Shown in pieces: positions 10,355 to 20,800 of a stretch of 22,684 nt of DNA; the stretch's first letter is position 1, and each line of letters opens with the position of its first letter. The notes beneath the pieces were generated by a model, which had not been told where the DNA came from, ran no database searches, and was given only the letters and a program-made list of their open reading frames with translations. The stretch lies in contig NEEC01000412.1 of assembly GCA_002189035.1 (NCBI GenBank), positions 1 through 22,684 on the forward strand. Direction: 5' to 3'. The stretch comes from Utricularia gibba. Taxonomy: Eukaryota; Plantae; Magnoliophyta. Made by a program: the position numbers and the translations under genes.

Positions 10355-13108
10355 TTCGAGCTTTGATGATCCTCGGACGAAGAAGCTTTCAACACGGAAG
10401 CTGACCGGCACGGAAAGGGGTTCGAAACGGTATGCCGGGCGCAGCATGACTCATCACGGTTTTCAGGATATGGCCGAAATACCGAACGGTGTGCGAGGCC
10501 ACCATGAGGCTGCAGGTAGGGACACACCCAGAGCTTGTTCAGAGATCGCCTCGAAAACCCATACTTCACGTCATCCAATAAAACGCAGATGTTTGCAAGG
10601 CGAAAATCACAATCGGTCGATTCTCGTTTTTCCGAGTCGCATCGTCGCGAACGTGGTGGCCAATTTGTGGCACATCTGAAGGCTAAGATAAGGCGATAAT
10701 TCGAGCTTTGATGCATCCTCGGACGAAGAAGCTTTCAACACGGAAGCTGACCGGCACGGAAAGGGGTTCGAAACGGTATGCCGGGCGCAGCATGACTCAT
10801 CACGGTTTTCAGGATATGGCCGAAATACCGAACGGTGTGCGAGGCCACCATGAGGCTGCACGTAGGGACACACCCAGAGCTTGTTCAGAGATCGCCTCGA
10901 AAACCCATACTTCACGTCATCAATAAAACGCACATGTTTGCAACCGAAAATCACAATCGGGTCGATTCTCGTTTTCCGAGTCGCATCGTCGCGAACGTGG
11001 TGGCCAATTTGTGGCACATCTGAAGGCTAAGATAAGGCGATAATTCGAGCTTTGATGCATCCTCGGACGAAGAAGCTTTCAACACGGAAGCTGACCGGCA
11101 CGGAAAGGGGTTCGAAACGGTATGCGGGCGCAGCATGACTCATCACGGTTTTCAGGATATGGCCGAAATACCGAACGGTGTGCGAGGCCACCATGAGGCT
11201 GCAGTAGGGACACACCCAGAGCTTGTTCAGAGATCGCCTCGAAAACCCATACTTCACGTCATCCAATAAAACGCAGATGTTTTGCAAGGCGAAAATCACA
11301 ATCGCGTCGATTCTCGTGTTCCGAGTCGCATCGTCGCGAACGTGGTGGCCAATTTGTGGCACATCTGAAGGCTAAGATAAGGCGATAATTCGAGCTTTGA
11401 TGCATCCTCGGACGAAGAAGCTTTCAACACGGAAGCTGACCGGCACGGAAAGGGGTTCGAAACGGTATGCCGGGCGCAGCATGACTCATCACGGTTTTCA
11501 GGATATGGCCGAAATACCGAACGGTGTGCGAGGCCACCATGAGGCTGCAGTAGGGACACACCCAGAGCTTGTTCAGAGATCGCCTCGAAAACCCATACTT
11601 CACGTCATCCAATAAAACGCAGATGTTTTGCAAGCCGAAAATCACAATCGCGTCGATTCTCGTGTTCCGAGTCGCATCGTCGCGAACGTGGTGGCCAATT
11701 TGTGGCACATCTGAAGGCTAAGATAAGGCGATAATTCGAGCTTTGATGCATCCTCGGACGAAGAAGCTTTCAACACGGAAGCTGACCGGCACGGAAAGGG
11801 GTTCGAAACGGTATGCCGGCGCAGCATGACTCATCACGGTTTTCAGGATATGGCCGAAATACCGAACGGTGTGCGAGGCCACCATGAGGCTGCAGTAGGG
11901 ACACACCCAGAGCTTGTTCAGAGATCGCCTCGAAAACCCATACTTCACGTCACCAATAAAACGCACATGTTTTGCAAGGCGAAAATCACAATCGGTCGAT
12001 TCTCGTTTCCGAGTCGCATCGTCGCGAACGTGGTGGCCAATTTGTGGCACATCTGAAGGCTAAGATAAGGCGATAATTCGAGCTTTGATGCATCCTCGGA
12101 CGAAGAAGCTTTCAACACGGAAGCTGACCGGCACGGAAAGGGGTTCGAAACGGTATGCCGGGCGCAGCATGACTCATCACGGTTTTCAGGATATGGCCGA
12201 AATACCGAACGGTGTGCGAGGCCACCATGAGGCTGCAGTAGGGACACACCCAGAGCTTGTTCAGAGATCGCCTCGAAAACCCATACTTCACGTCATCCAA
12301 TAAAACGCAGATGTTTTGCAAGCCGAAAATCACAATCGGTCGATTCTCGTTTCCGAGTCGCATCGTCGCGAACGTGGTGGCCAATTTGTGGCACATCTAA
12401 AGGCTAAGATAAGGCGATAATTCGAGCTTTGATGCATCCTCGGACGAAGAAGCTTTCAACACGGAAGCTGACGGCACGGAAAGGGGTTCGAAACGGTATG
12501 CCGGGCGCAGCATGACTCATCACGGTTTTTCAGGATATGGCCGAAATACCGAACGGTGTGCGAGGCCACCATGAGGCTGCGGGTAGGACACACCCAGAGC
12601 TTGTTCAGAGATCGCCTCGAAAACCCATACTTCACGTCACCCAATAAAACGCAGATGTTTTGCAAGGCGAAAAATCACAATCGCGTCGATTCTCGTGTTC
12701 CGAGTCGCATCGTCGCGAACGTGGTGGCCAATTTGTGGCACATCTAAAGGCTAAGATAAGGCGATAATTCGAGCTTTGATGCATCCTCGGACGAAGAAGC
12801 TTTCAACACGGAAGCTGACCGGCACGGAAAGGGGTTCGAAACGGTATGCCGGGCGCAGCATGACTCATCACGGTTTTCAGGATATGGCCGAAATACCGAA
12901 CGGTGTGCGAGGCCACCATGAGGCTGCAGTAGGACACACCCAGAGCTTGTTCAGAGATCGCCTCGAAAACCCATACTTCACGTCATCCAATAAAACGCAC
13001 ATGTTTGCAAGCGAAAATCACAATCGGTCGATTCTCGTTTTCCGAGTCGCATCGTCGCGAACGTGGTGGCAATTTGTGGCACATCTGAAGGCTAAGATAA
13101 GGCGATAA

Positions 13109-13452
13109 TTCGAGCTTTGATGCATCCTCGGACGAAGAAGCTTTCAACACGGAAGCTGACCGGCACGGAAAGGGGTTCGAAACGGTATGCCGGGCGCAGC
13201 ATGACTCATCACGGTTTTCAGGATATGGCCGAAATACCGAACGGTGTGCGAGGCCACCATGAGGCTGCGGGTAGGACACACCAGAGCTTGTTCAGAGATC
13301 GCCTCGAAAACCCATACTTCACGTCATCCAATAAAAACGCACATGTTTGGAAACCGAAAATCACAATCGGGTCGATTCTCGTTTTCCGAGTCGCATCGTC
13401 GTGAACGTGGTGGCCATTTGTGGCACATCTGAAGGCTAAGATAAGGCGATAA
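13109..13452. repeat. C-type variant monomer (unit 39)
   Basis: GCGGGTAGGAC, CGCACATG, TTTGGAAACCG, ATCGGGTC, CGTTTTCC, GTCGTGAAC. Confidence 0.8.
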
Positions 13453-14813
13453 TTCGAGCTTTGATGCATCCTCGACGAAGAAGCTTTCAACACGGAAGCT
13501 GACCGGCACGGAAAGGGGTTCGAAACGGTATGCCGGGCGCAGCATGACTCATCACGGTTTTCAGGATATGGCCGAAATACCGAACGGTGTGCGAGGCCAC
13601 CATGAGGCTGCAGTAGGGACACACCAGAGCTTGTTCAGAGATCGCCTCGAAAACCCATACTTCACGTCATCCAATAAAACGCAGATGTTTGCAAGGCGAA
13701 AATCACAATCGCGTCGATTCTCGTGTTCCGAGTCGCATCGTCGCGAACGTGGTGGCCAATTTGTGGCACATCTAAAGGCTAAGATAAGGCGATAATTCGA
13801 GCTTTGATGCATCCTCGGACGAAGAAGCTTTCAACACGGAAGCTGACCGGCACGGAAAGGGGTTCGAAACGGTATGCCGGGCGCAGCATGACTCATCACG
13901 GTTTTCAGGATATGGCCGAAATACCGAACGGTGTGCGAGGCCACCATGAGGCTGCACGTAGGGACACACCCAGAGCTTGTTCAGAGATCGCCTCGAAAAC
14001 CCATACTTCACGTCATCCAATAAAACGCAGATGTTTTGCAAGGGAAAATCACAATCGGTCGATTCTCGTGTTCCGAGTCGCATCGTCGCGAACGTGGTGG
14101 CAAATTTGTGGCACATCTAAAGGCTAAGATAAGGCGATAATTCGAGCTTTGATGCATCCTCGGACGAAGAAGCTTTCAACACGGAAGCTGACCGGCACGG
14201 AAAGGGGTTCGAAACGGTATGCCGGGCGCAGCATGACTCATCACGGTTTTCAGGATATGGCCGAAATACCGAACGGTGTGCGAGGCCACCATGAGGCTGC
14301 AGGTAGGGACACACCCAGAGCTTGTTCAGAGATCGCCTCGAAAACCATACTTCACGTCATCCAATAAAACGCAGATGTTTGCAACCGAAAATCACAATCG
14401 CGTCGATTCTCGTTTTCCGAGTCGCATCGTCGCGAACGTGGTGGCCAATTTGTGGCACATCTGAAGGCTAAGATAAGGCGATAATTCGAGCTTTGATGCA
14501 TCTCGGACGAAGAAGCTTTCAACACGGAAGCTGACCGGCACGGAAAGGGGTTCGAAACGGTATGCGGCGCAGCAGCATGACTCATCACGGTTTTCAGGAT
14601 ATGGCCGAAATACCGAACGGTGTGCGAGGCCACCATGAGCTGCAGTAGGGAACACCAGAGCTTGTTCAGAGATCGCCTCGAAAACCATACTTCACGTCAT
14701 CCAATAAAACGCAGATGTTTTGCAAGCCGAAAATCACAATCGCGTCGATTCTCGTGTTCCGAGTCGCATCGTCGCGAACGTGGTGGCCAATTTGTGGCAC
14801 ATCTGAAGGCTAA

Positions 14814-17800
14814 TATAAGGCGATAATTCGAGCTCTGATGCATCCTCGGACGAAGATGCTTTCAACACGGAAGCTGACCGGCACGGAAAGGGGTTTCGAA
14901 ACGGTATGCCGGGCGCAGCGTGACTCATCACTTCAGATATCGACGAATACCGAACGGTGTGCGAGGCCACCATGAGGCTGCGGGTAGGACACACCTAGAG
15001 CTTGTTCAGAGATCGCCTCGAAAACCCATACTTCACGTCACCAATAAAACGCAGATGTTTTGCAAGGCGAAAATCACAATCGCGTCGATTCTCGTGTTCC
15101 GAGTCGCATCGTCGCGAACGTGGTGGCCAATTTGTGGCACATCTGAAGGCTAATATAAGGCGATAATTCGAGCTCTGATGCATCCTCGGACGAAGATGCT
15201 TTCAACACGGAAGCTGACCGGCACGGAAAGGGGTTCGAAACGGTATGCCGGCGCAGCGTGACTCATCACGGTTTTCAGGATATGGAAATACCGAACGGTG
15301 TGCGAGGCCACCATGAGGCTGCGGGTAGGGACACACCCAGAGCTTGTTCAGAGATCGCCTCGAAAACCCATACTTCACGTCATCCAATAAAACGCAGATG
15401 TTTTGCAAGCCGAAAATCACAATCGCGTCGATTCTCGTGTTCCGAGTCGCATCGTCGCGAACGTGGTGGCCAATTTGTGGCACATCTGAAGGCTAATATA
15501 AGGCGATAATTCGAGCTCTGATGCATCCTCGGACGAAGATGCTTTCAACACGGAAGCTGACCGGCACGGAAAGGGGTTCGAAACGGTATGCCGGGCGCAG
15601 CGTGACTCATCACGGTTTCAGGATATCCGAAATACCGAACGGTGTGCGAGGCCACCATGAGGCTGCGGGTAGGACACACCCAGAGCTTGTTCAGAGATCG
15701 CCTCGAAAACCCATACTTCACGTCATCCAATAAAACGCAGATCTTTTGCAAGCCGAAAATCACAATCGCGTCGATTCTCGTGTTCCGAGTCGCATCGTCG
15801 CGAACGTGGTGGCCAATTTGTGGCACATCTGAAGGCTATATAAGGCGATAATTCGAGCTCTGATGCATCCTCGGACGAAGATGCTTTCAACACGGAAGCT
15901 GACCGGCACGGAAAGGGGTTCGAAACGGTATGCCGGCGCAGCGTGACTCATCACGGTTTCAGGATATGGCCGAAATACCGAACGGTGTGCGAGGCCACCA
16001 TGAGGCTGCGGGTAGGAACACACCCAGAGCTTGTTCAGAGATCGCCTCGAAAACCCATACTTCACGTCACCCAATAAAACGCAGATGTTTTGCAAGCGAA
16101 AATCACAATCGCGTCGATTCTCGTGTTCCGAGTCGCATCGTCGCGAACGTGGTGGCCAATTTGTGGCACATCTGAAGGCTAATATAAGGCGATAATTCGA
16201 GCTCTGATGCATCCGGACGAAGATGCTTTCAACACGGAAGCTGACCGGCACGGAAAGGGGTTCGAAACGGTATGCCGGCGCAGCGTGACTCATCACGGTT
16301 TTCAGGATATGGCCGAAATACCGAACGGTGTGCGAGGCCACCATGAGGCTGCGGGTAGGGACACACCCAGAGCTTGTTCAGAGATCGCCTCGAAAACCCA
16401 TACTTCACGTCATCCAATAAAACGCAGATCTTTTGCAAGCCGAAAATCACAATCGCGTCGATTCTCGTGTTCCGATCATCGTCGCGAACGTGGTGGCCAA
16501 TTTGTGGCACATCTGAAGGCTAATATAAGGCGATAATTCGAGCTCTGATGCATCCTCGGACGAAGATGCTTTCAACACGGAAGCTGACCGGCACGGAAAG
16601 GGGTTCGAAACGGTATGCCGGCGCAGCGTGACTCATCAGATTTCAGATATCGACGAATACCGAACGGTGTGCGAGGCCACCATGAGCTGCGGGTAGGAAC
16701 ACACCCAGAGCTTGTTCAGAGATCGCCTCGAAAACCCATACTTCACGTCACCCAATAAAACGCAGATGTTTTGCAAGCGAAAATCACAATCGCGTCGATT
16801 CTCGTGTTCCGAGTCGCATCGTCGCGAACGTGGTGGCCAATTTGTGGCACATCTGAAGGCTAATATAAGGCGATAATTCGAGCTCTGATGCATCCTCGGA
16901 CGAAGATGCTTTCAACACGGAAGCTGACCGGCACGGAAAGGGGTTCGAAACGGTATGCCGGCGCAGCGTGACTCATCGGTTTTCAGGATATCCGAAATAC
17001 CGAACGGTGTGCGAGGCCACCATGAGGCTGCGGGTAGGGACACACCCAGAGCTTGTTCAGAGATCGCCTCGAAAACCCATACTTCACGTCATCCAATAAA
17101 ACGCAGATGTTTTGCAAGCCGAAAATCACAATCGCGTCGATTCTCGTGTTCCGAGTCGCATCGTCGCGAACGTGGTGGCCAATTTGTGGCACATCTGAAG
17201 GCTAATATAAGGCGATAATTCGAGCTCTGATGCATCCTCGGACGAAGATGCTTTCAACACGGAAGCTGACCGGCACGGAAAGGGGTTCGAAACGGTATGC
17301 CGGCGCAGCGTGACTCATCACGGTTTCAGGATATCGCCGAAATACCGAACGGTGTGCGAGGCCACCATGAGGCTGCGGTAGGGACACACCCAGAGCTTGT
17401 TCAGAGATCGCTCGAAAACCCATACTTCACGTCATCCAATAAAACGCAGATGTTTTGCAAGCCGAAAATCACAATCGCGTCGATTCTCGTGTTCCGAGTC
17501 GCATCGTCGCGAACGTGGTGGCCAATTTGTGGCACATCTGAAGGCTAATATAAGGCGATAATTCGAGCTCTGATGCATCCGGACGAAGATGCTTTCAACA
17601 CGGAAGCTGACCGCACGGAAAGGGGTTCGAAACGGTATGCCGGCGCAGCGTGACTCATCACGGTTTTCAGATATCGCCGAATACCGAACGGTGTGCGAGG
17701 CCACCATGAGGCTGCGGGTAGGACACACCCAGAGCTTGTTCAGAGATCGCCCCCCATACTTCACGTCATCCAATAAAACGCAGATGTTTTGCAAGCCGAA

Positions 17801-20800
17801 AATCACAATCGCGTCGATTCTCGTGTTCCGAGTCGCATCGTCGCGAACGTGGTGGCCAATTTGTGGCACATCTGAAGGCTAATAAGGCGATAATTCGAGC
17901 TCTGATGCATCCTCGGACGAAGATGCTTTCAACACGGAAGCTGACCGGCACGGAAAGGGGTTCGAAACGGTATGCCGGCGCAGCGTGACTCATCACGGTT
18001 TTTCAGATATCGACGAAATACCGAACGGTGTGCGAGGCCACCATGAGGCTGCGGGTAGGACACACCCAGAGCTTGTTCAGAGATCGCCTCGAAAACCCAT
18101 ACTTCACGTCATCCAATAAAACGCAGATGTTTTGCAAGCCGAAAATCACAATCGCGTCGATTCTCGTGTTCCGAGTCGCATCGTCGCGAACGTGGTGGCC
18201 AATTTGTGGCACATCTGAAGGCTAATATAAGGCGATAATTCGAGCTCTGATGCATCCTCGGACGAAGATGCTTTCAACACGGAAACCGGGGTTCGAAACG
18301 GTATGCCGGGCGCAGCGTGACTCATCACGATTTCAGATATCGGCCGAAATACCGAACGGTGTGCGAGGCCACCATGAGGCTGCGGGTAGGACACACCCAG
18401 AGCTTGTTCAGAGATCGCCTCGAAAACCCATACTTCACGTCATCCAATAAAACGCAGATGTTTTGCAAGCGAAAATCACAATCGCGTCGATTCTCGTGTT
18501 CCGAGTCGCATCGTCGCGAACGTGGTGGCCAATTTGTGGCACATCTGAAGGCTAAATAAGGCGATAATTCGAGCTCTGATGCATCCTCGGACGAAGATGC
18601 TTTCAACACGGAAGCTGACCGGCACGGAAAGGGGTTCGAAACGGTATGCCGGCGCAGCGTGACTCATCACGGTTTTCAGGATATCGCCGAAATACCGAAC
18701 GGTGTGCGAGGCCACCATGAGGCTGCGGTAGGGACACCCCAGAGCTTGTTCAGAGATCGCCTCGAAAACCCATACTTCACGTCATCCAATAAAACGCAGA
18801 TGTTTTGCAAGGCGAAAATCACAATCGCGTCGATTCTCGTGTTCTCATCGTCGCGAACGTGGTGGCCAATTTGTGGCACATCTGAAGGCTAATATAAGGC
18901 GATAATTCGAGCTCTGATGCATCCTCGGACGAAGATGCTTTCAACACGGAAGCTGACCGGCACGGAAAGGGTTCGAAACGGTATGCCGGCGCAGCGTGAC
19001 TCATCACGGTTTTCAGGATATCGCCGAAATACCGAACGGTGTGCGAGGCCACCATGAGGCTGCGGGTAGGGACACACCCAGAGCTTGTTCAGAGATCGCT
19101 CGAAAACCCATTTCACGTCACCAATAAAACGCAGATGTTTTGCAAGGCGAAAATCACAATCGCGTCGATTCTCGTGTTCCGAGTCGCATCGTCGCGAACG
19201 TGGTGGCCAATTTGTGGCACATCTGAAGGCTAATAAGGCGATAATTCGAGCTCTGATGCATCCTCGGACGAAGATGCTTTCAACACGGAAGCTGACCGGC
19301 ACGGAAAGGGGTTCGAAACGGTATGCCGGCGCAGCGTGACTCATCACGGTTTTCAGGATATCGGCCGAAATACCGAACGGTGTGCGAGGCCACCATGAGG
19401 CTGCGGGTAGGACACACCCAGAGCTTGTTCAGAGATCGCCTCGAAAACCCATACTTCACGTCATCCAATAAAACGCAGATGTTTTGCAAGCGAAAATCAC
19501 AATCGCGTCGATTCTCGTGTTCCGAGTCGCATCGTCGCGAACGTGGTGGCCAATTTGTGGCACATCTGAAGGCTAATATAAGGCGATAATTCGAGCTCTG
19601 ATGCATCCTCGGACGAAGATGCTTTCAACACGGAAGCTGACCGGCACGGAAAGGGGTTCGAAACGGTATGCCGGCGCAGCGTGACTCATCTTGATTTCAG
19701 ATATGGAAATACCGAACGGTGTGCGAGGCCACCATGAGGCTGCGGGTAGGACACACCCAGAGCTTGTTCAGAGATCGCCTCGAAAACCCATACTTCACGT
19801 CACCAATAAAACGCAGATGTTTTGCAAGCCGAAAATCACAATCGCGTCGATTCTCGTGTTCCGAGTCGCATCGTCGCGAACGTGGTGGCCAATTTGTGGC
19901 ACATCTGAAGGCTATATAAGGCGATAATTCGAGCTCTGATGCATCCTCGGACGAAGATGCTTTCAACACGGAAGCTGACCGGCACGGAAAGGGGTTCGAA
20001 ACGGTATGCCGGCGCAGCGTGACTCATCACGGTTTTCAGGATATCGCCGAAATACCGAACGGTGTGCGAGGCCACCATGAGGCTGCGGGTAGGACACACC
20101 CAGAGCTTGTTCAGAGATCGCATCGAAAACCATACTTCACGTCATCCAATAAAACGCAGATTTTTGCAAGCCGAAAATCACAATCGCGTCGATTCTCGTG
20201 TTCCGAAACTCATCGTCGCGAACGTGGTGGCCAATTTGTGGCACATCTGAAGGCTAATATAAGGCGATAATTCGAGCTCTGATGCATCCTCGGACGAAGA
20301 TGCTTTCAACACGGAAGCTGACCGGCACGGAAAGGGGTTCGAAACGGTATGCCGGGCGCAGCGTGACTCATCTTGATCTTCAGATATCGACGAAATGCCG
20401 AACGGTGTGCGAGGCCACCATGAGGCTGCGGGTAGGAACACCCAGAGCTTGTTCAGAGATCGCCTCGAAAACCCATACTTCACGTCATCCAATAAAACGC
20501 AGATGTTTTGCAAGCCGAAAATCACAATCGCGTCGATTCTCGTGTTCCGAGTCGCATCGTCGCGAACGTGGTGGCCAATTTGTGGCACATCTGAAGGCTA
20601 ATATAAGGCGATAATTCGAGCTCTGATGCATCCTCGGACGAAGATGCTTTCAACACGGAAGCTGACCGGCACGGAAAGGGGTTCGAAACGGTATGCCGGC
20701 GCAGCGTGACTCATCATTTCAGGATATGCCCGAACGGTGTGCGAGGCCACCATGAGGCTGCGGGTAGGAACACACCCAGAGCTTGTTCAGAGATCGCCTC

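Larger units (their letters stand above)
1..14813. repeat. Sub-array A (units 1-43, mean ~345 bp)
   Basis: Diagnostic alleles: CTAAGATAAGG; GAGCTTTGATG (one exception at 2429); GAAGAAGCTTT (HindIII AAGCTT, first at 30-35, last at 14513-14518); GCAGCATGACT (T variant at 4239 and 9754); CAGGATATGGCCG. Confidence 0.95.

Noticed and set aside
14835-14856. Hammerhead-like CTGATG...CGAA in B units (satellite hammerheads are known from newt satellite 2, Schistosoma and cave crickets)
   Set aside because: The core is wrong (CUGAUGC rather than CUGANGA, GAAG rather than GAAA), stem II would have a 2-nt loop, and A units read TTGATG. The minus-strand GUGAUGAG lacks C3 and a downstream stem plus GAAA.
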